Of a DNA stretch of 64,000 bases, positions 9,097 to 16,799 are shown piece after piece. The stretch lies in IMG/VR virus record IMGVR_UViG_3300011116_001229; one strand, written 5' to 3'. Source of the DNA: a virus (lineage: Duplodnaviria; Caudoviricetes). A model generated the notes under the pieces. The model was not told the DNA's origin, searched no databases, and saw nothing but the letters and a program-made list of their open reading frames with translations. Numbering within the stretch: the stretch's first letter is position 1; each line of letters opens with the position of its first letter. The translations under genes and the position numbers were made by a program.

Positions 9097-12000
9097 ATGG
9101 CAAAACTAAAGTTTGGAAGCGCAGGCGTAACAGCTAGAGAGATTGACCTCACGGGGCCAACTACACAGGAACCGATTGGTATTCCTGCTGGCATTATTGG
9201 AACGTCACTAAAAGGTCCGGCATTCGTACCAGTGACAGTAGGCAATCTATCAGATTGGACTGCTAAGTTTGGTGAAACAGATGGAAAGAAATTTGGTCCA
9301 CTGGCAGTTCGTGAATGGCTTAGAAATGCACAGGCAGTCACTTACTTAAGAGTTTTAGGTGTTGGTGACGGAAAGAAGAGAAATGCTGCAGGTGACGTCA
9401 CAAGCGCAGGTTTCACAGTAGGTGAGCAGCAACCCAGTGATCAAGCATCAAACTTAGATGCACTTGGTGCCAATGCTTATGCAAATGCAGGTGGACCTCC
9501 AGGAAGAACTTACTTCTTAGGATGTTTCATGTCAGAGTCTGCCGGTTCAAAGCTATTTAGCGAGGCTGGCATACAGACTTCTACAACAGCCATTCCAATC
9601 ATTAGAGGCGTACTCATGGCACCAAGCGGTGTCATAATGAGACTGTCTTCTTCGATTCCAGGATCTGGACTTTCTTCTGATGGTCCTTCTGCGGCGCTTG
9701 TTGCAACAGAAACAAATTCTGCAGGAACTTCTTTGGGAACTGTTGTTCTTTCACAGAACAGCACGGCCAAGCAAGAATTTGTTTTAATTCTTAATGGACA
9801 CAAAGGATCTGATGCATCTTATCCTAACGTAATTACCGCATCATTTGATGTGAATTCAAACAATTACTTCTACGATGTCTTTAACACAGACCCACTTAAG
9901 CTTCAAAAGGCAGGCCATTATCTTTACGCTCACTGGGATATTCATGGTTCACTTGCTGTTTTGACAGGCTCAGGCGTTATTAATGCTGCATCAGGTTCAG
10001 GACCAATTGGTGGTTATGAACCATCAGCATTTATCATATCTGGTTCAACAGCTAGAAACGTGGGCAGCACAACCGTTCCTAACTACGAAAACTTCAGAGA
10101 TAGGTTCGCTCACGCAGTCACTCCTTGGTTTATATCGCAGAAATTCGGCGGTGAGGCAGTTAATCTCTTTAAATTCCATGCTCTTGATGATGGAAGCTCT
10201 GTTGCTGACAAGATTAAGATTTCGATTGAGAACATTAACAAGTCAAATGATCCTCTTAATAAGTACGGTACATTTGATGTGATGCTACGTCTCTGGGATG
10301 ATAGAGATCTCGACAAGAAGGTTCTAGTGAACGAGAAATTCACAGGCGTCACACTTGATCCTTCGTCTGACAGATACATTGCAAAGGTCATTGGTGATCT
10401 TCATGCTTACTACGACTTTGACAGAGAACTTTCTTCACAGAAGCTTGTTATCGAGGGCAACTACTCAAACAAGTCTAACTACGTTCGCGTAGAAGTCAAT
10501 CCTGACATTGAGAACGGTTTTGTCGATCCACTCGCATTGCCGATGGGCTTCAGAGGCGTTGACCACTTGGTTACATCTGGTTCAGCACCGCTCTCTACAG
10601 TGACTCCAAAGGCCGTGGCGGACATTATGTCACAGGTCTACAGTGTAGGAACTGGAAGCTACCTCAAGAACTCAGTCACACCTCCGCTACCATTTAGAGC
10701 CAAGATAACAACAGGTGAAGAATGGTCAGTCAAGGAACAAGTTGAGAAGGGATTCTACTGGGGCGTTCAATTCGAGCATCCTGAGACGCTCGTTAAGAGA
10801 AATGGATCTGTTCTAAAGAACAAGAGCATTGAGTCTTTTGCGAAGTACTTCCCACAATTCGTTGTGGGCGAGGCAAAATTCGTGACAGGCAGCAACGTGG
10901 GTCAAGCTGACACTGCAGCCAACGGTATACTCGACTCAGACAGATTCTGTAATAACGTGTTCACTCTGGAGAACATTCAGGTGGTGACAGGTTCAACAGG
11001 AAATGCTGATCCTGAGAAGTGGTCAAAGGCAGTCTACGTGAGAAGCGGCGCTCCTACAGGCGGCGGTTACCTCTCTGACAGCATCGGTGCTACTGACTCT
11101 GCCAAGACAAGACCCTTTAAGGTTGACGATCTTGCAGACAACAAGCGTTATGCTAAGTTCACAGCAATCATGCAGGGTGGCTTCAATGGTGTCAATATCT
11201 TCGACGAGAATGAGTCTGAGATTACAAACCTTGCAGTCGTCGCTGACATGACATCAGGACTCGGTCGCGGCTTGAATGAAGGACCCAGCGTCTCCTCATA
11301 CCTCAAGGCTCTCGAGATCATGAAGAACACAGTCAACGTGGATATTCAGCTTCTCGCAATCCCTGGCATTAGAGAGCCGCTCGTCACTGACACGGCAATT
11401 CAAGCCACTGAGGAGAGATTCGACGCGCTGTTCATCATGGACATCGAACATCAAGATGAAAATGGCGACAACGTGAGAGACGAGAATGATCAACCCTCAG
11501 TGACGAACTCAATCACCACCTTTAGAGATCGCTCTGTGGACAGCTCCTTCGCTGCAGCTTACTTCCCAGACGTTCTCTACAGTGATCCGAAGGGCATCAA
11601 CCTCTTCGTGCCACCGTCGGTCGTGGTTCTCGGAGCTCTCTCTCTCAACGACGCTGTGGGTCATCCCTGGTTCGCCCCGGCCGGTTTCACACGCGGTGCT
11701 CTACCGCAAGATGCTCTTGAAGCACGCGTGAAGCTTAGCCAGAACGATCTAGATTCCCTCTATGACAACAGCATCAATCCTCTGGTCGCTTTCCCGGGTG
11801 CGCCAAGAAGCGGAACCAATCCCGCTTCAGGGCTCGTGGTCTGGGGCCAGAAGACACTGCAAGTCGCTGCTTCGGCACTCGACAGAGTCAACGTGAGAAG
11901 ACTCCTCATCGAGATCCGTCGTCAGGTGAGAGACATCGCTCAGACCATCATCTTCGAGCCCAACCGAGAAGCAACACTCGCTCGTTTCTCTGCAGCGGTC

Positions 12001-12189
12001 ACACCCCGTCTCCAGAGAATTCAGGCACTCGCAGGACTCGAGAGATTCAAGGTGGTCATCGATTCATCTACAACGACTCAGGACGACATCCTCAACAACA
12101 CACTCCGCGGAAAGATCTTCGTGCAACCCACGAAGAGCATCGAGTTCGTCAGCCTCGACTTCGTGGTGTCCAACAACATTCAGTCCTGA
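9097..12189 (+). CDS. Tail sheath protein 2 (paralog)
   Basis: Same sheath motifs: AREIDLT, KGPAFVPVTV, PWFAPAGFTR, GQKTLQ, ALDRVNVRRL, EFVSLDF. Confidence 0.95.
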   Translation: MAKLKFGSAGVTAREIDLTGPTTQEPIGIPAGIIGTSLKGPAFVPVTVGNLSDWTAKFGETDGKKFGPLAVREWLRNAQAVTYLRVLGVGDGKKRNAAGDVTSAGFTVGEQQPSDQASNLDALGANAYANAGGPPGRTYFLGCFMSESAGSKLFSEAGIQTSTTAIPIIRGVLMAPSGVIMRLSSSIPGSGLSSDGPSAALVATETNSAGTSLGTVVLSQNSTAKQEFVLILNGHKGSDASYPNVITASFDVNSNNYFYDVFNTDPLKLQKAGHYLYAHWDIHGSLAVLTGSGVINAASGSGPIGGYEPSAFIISGSTARNVGSTTVPNYENFRDRFAHAVTPWFISQKFGGEAVNLFKFHALDDGSSVADKIKISIENINKSNDPLNKYGTFDVMLRLWDDRDLDKKVLVNEKFTGVTLDPSSDRYIAKVIGDLHAYYDFDRELSSQKLVIEGNYSNKSNYVRVEVNPDIENGFVDPLALPMGFRGVDHLVTSGSAPLSTVTPKAVADIMSQVYSVGTGSYLKNSVTPPLPFRAKITTGEEWSVKEQVEKGFYWGVQFEHPETLVKRNGSVLKNKSIESFAKYFPQFVVGEAKFVTGSNVGQADTAANGILDSDRFCNNVFTLENIQVVTGSTGNADPEKWSKAVYVRSGAPTGGGYLSDSIGATDSAKTRPFKVDDLADNKRYAKFTAIMQGGFNGVNIFDENESEITNLAVVADMTSGLGRGLNEGPSVSSYLKALEIMKNTVNVDIQLLAIPGIREPLVTDTAIQATEERFDALFIMDIEHQDENGDNVRDENDQPSVTNSITTFRDRSVDSSFAAAYFPDVLYSDPKGINLFVPPSVVVLGALSLNDAVGHPWFAPAGFTRGALPQDALEARVKLSQNDLDSLYDNSINPLVAFPGAPRSGTNPASGLVVWGQKTLQVAASALDRVNVRRLLIEIRRQVRDIAQTIIFEPNREATLARFSAAVTPRLQRIQALAGLERFKVVIDSSTTTQDDILNNTLRGKIFVQPTKSIEFVSLDFVVSNNIQS

Positions 12190-12204
12190 CGCTAGGTTAA
12201 GGAG

Positions 12205-12281
12205 GAAGCTGCCAGAATATTATGCGATTAATTAGAATTGGTATAAACACCCTGATTAATTCCAATATCTTGGCAGCTTTC
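12205..12281. repeat. Long imperfect inverted repeat between sheath 2 and tube
   Basis: GAAGCTGCCAGAATATT..ATTAATTAG pairs with CTGATTAAT..AATATCTTGGCAGCTTTC. Confidence 0.65.
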
Positions 12282-12375
12282 TGTGAGACCTCAGACATCT
12301 AACACAAACTCAAATTGTAGTAATATTTTTGAAATTCACACATACTTAGAAAAGGCGATATAGGAGAAAAGAAAC

Positions 12376-12867
12376 ATGGCCGCTGAAACATTAGACGTAT
12401 CATCGATGCTTCCCGCGAAGTTCGAGCCAAAGCGTAAGAACCGCTGGGTCCTTATGATTGAGGGTATCGACGCTTACATCATCAAGACAACTGCAAGACC
12501 CACAATCACAACGGAAGAAGTTGAAGTTCCCTTCATCAACAGCCGACGTTACCTTGCAGGCAAGACATCTTTCGGAACCATGGCAGTGACACTGCACGAT
12601 CCCATCGCTCCCTCCGGCGCTCAGCAGGTCATGGAGTGGGTTCGTACACACTTCGAATCGGTCTCCGGTCGCTCCGGTTACGCTGACTTCTACAAGCGTG
12701 ACATCCAACTCAAGCTCCTCGATCCCGTTGGAACAGTGGTCGAGCTCTGGGACATCAAGGGCGCCTTCATCACCGAAGCAAACTTCGGCGAAGTCACCTA
12801 CGAAGACGGCGGCCCAATGGAAATCTCAATGACACTTCGCTTTGATAACTGCGTGCTGCAATTCTAG
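12376..12867 (+). CDS. Tail tube protein (T4 gp19-like)
   Basis: FEPKRKNRW...RYLAGKTSFGTMAVTLHDP...YKRDIQLKLLDPVG..VE.W.IKGAF; follows the sheath genes; SD AGGAG. Confidence 0.92.
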   Translation: MAAETLDVSSMLPAKFEPKRKNRWVLMIEGIDAYIIKTTARPTITTEEVEVPFINSRRYLAGKTSFGTMAVTLHDPIAPSGAQQVMEWVRTHFESVSGRSGYADFYKRDIQLKLLDPVGTVVELWDIKGAFITEANFGEVTYEDGGPMEISMTLRFDNCVLQF

Positions 12868-12905
12868 TAAAAGTCCTTTACCAAAACGCTTGGTGAGGTA
12901 TAATT

Positions 12906-12936
12906 ACCTCCGTGGCTCAATGCTGCGGAGGTTTTT
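12906..12936 (+). terminator. Terminator-like hairpin that also sequesters the RBS of the downstream endonuclease
   Basis: ACCTCCGTGGC-TCAAT-GCTGCGGAGGT plus TTTT; GGAGG (12927-12931) lies in the 3' arm. Confidence 0.65.
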
Positions 12937-13854
12937 ATGCTTAAGTGCCCTAACTGTGATTTTCAAGTCGAAACAATCAATTCTCTCAGAATCCATGCAT
13001 CAAAAAAGCACGGCATGGGAAGTGAAGATCTTTATGTCAGCGTAGTCCTAGAAGGCTCTAAGCCCGCATGTAAGTGCGGTTGCGGAGAATCAGTAAAATT
13101 TCACGGACTGAGCAAAGGATACTCTGAATATGCCTGGGGACATGGCGCTAGAATCAACAACAATTGGGGGAATAATATAACAGCTAGAGAGAAGAGCATC
13201 GAGACTCGCAGAGAGATGTGGAAGAACGGTGAGATCAAGGGTTGGTGCACGGGATTGACTAAAGAAGATCCGCGGATCGCGGCGATCATACAGAAGATGA
13301 ACACATCAGAAAGAGCACAGAAGATTTCAGACGCGTTAACGGGCCGATCAAAGTCTGAGTCTCATAAAGACAAGATAGCTCAAAACATGAAGTCATATTG
13401 GTCTAATGAAGAGAATAGAGCAAAGCAAAGTCAAAGACAAGCTGAGTGTGTCAAGAGTGGAATGCTCACAAAGGCAACGCGAGTGCACGGATACTATGAA
13501 AACCCAACAAAGTCAAACAAACATGTCTACTATCGGTCAATGTTCGAGCTGAACGCAGTTCTATTCATGGAAGCTGATGATTCTATCTCTTCGTATACTA
13601 TGGAACCTCTCACAATCGAATACAACTTTGATGGAAAAATCCGTCATTATGTTGTCGATTGCTTAATTGAATACAGTGATGGCCGAAAGATTCTCATAGA
13701 ATTCAAACCCAATTGTCACTTATTGGATCCAAAGAACGTCGCGAAATTTGAAGCTGCTAGCATCTTCGCATCTAACAAAGGTATGTCATTTGAAGTTTGG
13801 ACCGAAAAGACGCACCCATTTCTCTCTCGACAAGTCACGTCTTTACTTATGTAG
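12937..13854 (+). mobile_element. Free-standing putative homing endonuclease (C2H2 finger, CKCGCG motif, NUMOD-like basic region, TnsA_N-like PD-(D/E)xK domain)
   Basis: CPNC...H..KKH; CKCGCG; YRSMFEL...EPLTIEY...HYVVDCLIEYSDGRKILIEFKP. Confidence 0.7.
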
Positions 13855-13952
13855 GGTGCTGTGCTCCCTGCCACACCCACCAGCACGTCGGTGACCCCGA
13901 ATAATCTTCTAATAAAGACCTGATAGTTTACTCAAGTCATTAACCAGAATTA

Positions 13953-14714
13953 TCAGACGCCGTACGTTTTTCGCCCAGCGCTAAAGTTCTGCTCAATTTC
14001 TGTCGCGGTGAGTGCCGCACTGTAGACCATGAATTGTCCCAGTCTCATGTTGGCGTAGGATCCGTCGCCCATGTTGGTGATGTCTGTTGCCGCTATAGCA
14101 TAGTACAGTCCTGCACCTCCTTCGATGGGATTCAGACGAGCAAATGTCGCGCTCCCTGCTGCCGCCCCGTTGACGTAAGCATTGAGCTTCGTCCCGTCGT
14201 ACACAATCGCAAAGTGATACCAAGCATTGAGGGGTGTCGCCACCGTGGACGTGATCGAGGATATGGCAGAACCATTCCACATGCCGAACTTCATCGTCCC
14301 AGCGACCATTTCCATCTGCGAGTTGTGCCAGCCTGCAGCATTGGGAAGGGCGGATGATCCAATCTCAGACAGCAGCACACCGTTGTCCATTGGATAAGCC
14401 CACATCATGATCGAGGTGATGTCGGTCGGCACCTTCGAGGCCAACGAAGTGTTTGTGATCAGCGTGTCGTTGCTGCCGTCAAATGTGAGGTAACCGCTGC
14501 TGTAAGTCGGTCCGTTGTACAGCGTGGCGCTGCTGTTTCCCTTCAGGTCAGTGACTGTCACTCCGCTGCCCGGATATGATGCGGCGTTGCCGATATCGTA
14601 GTGAAGGACTAGACCTGTCGTGACTATTGCGGTGGAGATAGTAGAGAATCCACCGTCGAATCCAAATTGGGACAGTGAAGTCGAGAATCCTCTATTGAAA
14701 CCGCTGAATCCCAT
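13953..14714 (-). CDS. LamG / concanavalin-A-like domain protein (virion adhesin or decoration candidate)
   Basis: GLVLHYDIGNAASYPGSG...LTFDGSND...WYHFAIVYDGTKLNAYVNG. ATG 14714 follows the upstream TGA; the ORF track start is 14726. Confidence 0.75.
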   Translation of the reverse strand: MGFSGFNRGFSTSLSQFGFDGGFSTISTAIVTTGLVLHYDIGNAASYPGSGVTVTDLKGNSSATLYNGPTYSSGYLTFDGSNDTLITNTSLASKVPTDITSIMMWAYPMDNGVLLSEIGSSALPNAAGWHNSQMEMVAGTMKFGMWNGSAISSITSTVATPLNAWYHFAIVYDGTKLNAYVNGAAAGSATFARLNPIEGGAGLYYAIAATDITNMGDGSYANMRLGQFMVYSAALTATEIEQNFSAGRKTYGV

Positions 14715-14715
14715 G

Positions 14716-15111
14716 TCAACCCACACCGCCGAAACCGTTACTGCCGGTGACAGGAAGCATCTCGGTCCATGGAATGACTGTGAGCCCGGCCACTACCGAG
14801 AAGGGCACTGAAGTACCAACTGCTCCGGAGATGAAGAGTCTGTCTGTCTTCAGTTCAGCTGAGAAAGATTCAGATCCGCTGAGGATGAAGTAGTTCGAAT
14901 TCTTCGCGAGGAGCCCATTCTGTGTAAAAGCGACTGCGATTGCTGTCGACGTAGCACCAGTGTTCCTCACCAAGAGGAATTTGGAGACAGTGTCGAATGT
15001 GATCTCGCGTGTTGCTCCAAGCGCCACGATCGAAGAAGTGACGAAGGGAATGCCTGACATCTGGTATGCGGGTGAGTAGTATTCGCCCATTGAAGGATTT
15101 TTTAGTGCCAT
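14716..15111 (-). CDS. Hypothetical beta-rich virion-type protein
   Basis: 131 aa; coupled to the LamG gene; ATATTTA motif on the minus strand at 15142-15148. Confidence 0.6.
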   Translation of the reverse strand: MALKNPSMGEYYSPAYQMSGIPFVTSSIVALGATREITFDTVSKFLLVRNTGATSTAIAVAFTQNGLLAKNSNYFILSGSESFSAELKTDRLFISGAVGTSVPFSVVAGLTVIPWTEMLPVTGSNGFGGVG

Positions 15112-15272
15112 TTTATTGTGCCCTGTATGCTATGGATGCGGTAAATATCAAATGCAGAAACAATTATAACCTGCTGACAAAGTTATGCTCATCATCAATT
15201 AAAATAGGTCAATAGTTTTTACAACGTCTATTTTAGACATAAAATCCGTTTACACAGGAGAATATCAAACAC

Positions 15273-16151
15273 ATGTCAGAAGATCGTGATTCAAAAAATG
15301 CAGTTTTCACTCAGGGGCAACAAGTGCCAGCAGGCGTTGATCCCCGCATGCCGCGCCAGACAATTGCCGAGAAAGTCAAGGCCGACTTTGGTCTAGACAT
15401 TCCCCAAGAGATCGTTCCGCTGCCGTCGATGGGCAAGGTTTACCACCCAGAGTCACCCCTTCACGGCCTTGAATCGATCGAGATCAAGGCGATGACAGCC
15501 CGTGAAGAAGATATTCTCACGTCAAGAGCTCTCCTCAAGAAGGGCACAGTCATCTCTGAGCTGATTAAGTCATGCATCATCAATCGTTCAATTGATCCAC
15601 TTCAGCTTTTGTCGGGCGATAGAAACGCCATCATGGTGGCAATTCGAATCACCGGTTATGGCCCTGAGTACAATGTCGAGCTTGAATGTCCCGAGTGTAG
15701 TGTCAAGTCACCCCACGGATTTGATCTCTCGTCATTACCTCTCCGACGCCTTGAGATCGAGCCTGTACAGCCAGGTATGAACGTGTTTGAATACCAGCTG
15801 CCTTATAGCAAGAAGAAGGTGCACTTCAAGTTCATGACCGGCCGCGACGAAGAAGAGATCATGGTCATGTCTGAGAAGCAGAAGAAGCTTGCTCTCGGAA
15901 CCGAGTCGAATGTTACCACAAATCTTCTGTACTCAATTGTGTCTATCGATGGCGTCTCAGACAGAAGCAAGATCTCAGCTTTCGTCAAGAACATGCCTGC
16001 GAGAGATTCACTGTCCTTAAGAGAATTCATCAAAGACAGCGAACCAGGCATCATCATGCGTCAAGACACTACTTGTGACGCTTGCGGCCACACCGAGGAG
16101 GTGAACATGCCGCTCGGAGTCTCGTTTCTTTGGCCTCAGGCCCGAAGATAG
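15273..16151 (+). CDS. Baseplate hub assembly / tail assembly chaperone (T4 gp26-like)
   Basis: VPLPSMGKVY...IKAMTAREEDILTS...LLSGDRNAIMVAIR..GYG...CPEC...CDAC; lies between tube and tape measure. Confidence 0.75.
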   Translation: MSEDRDSKNAVFTQGQQVPAGVDPRMPRQTIAEKVKADFGLDIPQEIVPLPSMGKVYHPESPLHGLESIEIKAMTAREEDILTSRALLKKGTVISELIKSCIINRSIDPLQLLSGDRNAIMVAIRITGYGPEYNVELECPECSVKSPHGFDLSSLPLRRLEIEPVQPGMNVFEYQLPYSKKKVHFKFMTGRDEEEIMVMSEKQKKLALGTESNVTTNLLYSIVSIDGVSDRSKISAFVKNMPARDSLSLREFIKDSEPGIIMRQDTTCDACGHTEEVNMPLGVSFLWPQARR

Positions 16152-16398
16152 AGAACAGCTGGTCTTAGAACCGGCATTCCTCCTGATGTATTACGGCGGG
16201 TGTCTGTATGAAGAAATCATGCGGATGCCCGTTGCCTATAAGCGTTGGTTCATCCAAAGAATCAATCAAGAGATAACTAGAACCCACGAAGCAGGACAGA
16301 CTCAGACCCGCGCGGCCCATCAAAATCAACCCGACGTGCGTGAGCTTCAAGGCAAGGTGAGAAATCAGTCACCTTCTCGCCTTAGAAGATTCACATAA
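16126..16398 (+). CDS. Chaperone extension (gp51 / lambda T-like), probably reached by frameshift from the upstream gene
   Basis: The +1 frame is open from 16105 (FFGLRPEDREQLVLEPAFLLMYYGG...MPVAYKRWF); the first ATG (16186) has no SD. Confidence 0.55.
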   Translation, partial: FFGLRPEDREQLVLEPAFLLMYYGGCLYEEIMRMPVAYKRWFIQRINQEITRTHEAGQTQTRAAHQNQPDVRELQGKVRNQSPSRLRRFT

Positions 16399-16470
16399 TG
16401 ACAAGTTTGTTGAAATTGTGTGTTCTTCTTTTTTTCGTCGTATTATTTACGCTTAAGCTGAGGTAAGCAC

Positions 16471-16770
16471 GTGTCTAAAGGTTCCAATAAAAAGTCTGTC
16501 TTAACTGAAGATCTCTATCTAAACACTACGGGCAAGATATTTCTTGCGTCTCTGGGTGCTTGGATGGTGGGTAAATATGTCAACACAAAGCTGAAGGGCA
16601 GTCGAGACGAAGTGTCTGCAGTTGCAGACGCGCTTATTTCTTCTAGAAGATTTCAAGAAGAACTCAATAGACCTGGTGCCTCTGTTGAATCTGTCGTAGA
16701 GAAGCTCAGAGTAAAAGAGATGTCTGCGTCCACATTTGAGAGAGTTTTTGGCGTTAAATGGCCCCTGTGA
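16471..16770 (+). CDS. Hypothetical protein
   Basis: GTG start with GAGG SD; 99 aa; precedes the tape measure. Confidence 0.6.
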   Translation: MSKGSNKKSVLTEDLYLNTTGKIFLASLGAWMVGKYVNTKLKGSRDEVSAVADALISSRRFQEELNRPGASVESVVEKLRVKEMSASTFERVFGVKWPL

Positions 16771-16799
16771 TTAAGGTCATAGAATTAAGTAGGATTTAA

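Noticed and set aside
6110-9240. Nucleotide repeat AAAGGTCCGGCATT shared by both sheath genes as a recombination or mobile site
   Set aside because: It is explained by the conserved KGPAF peptide in paralogs.
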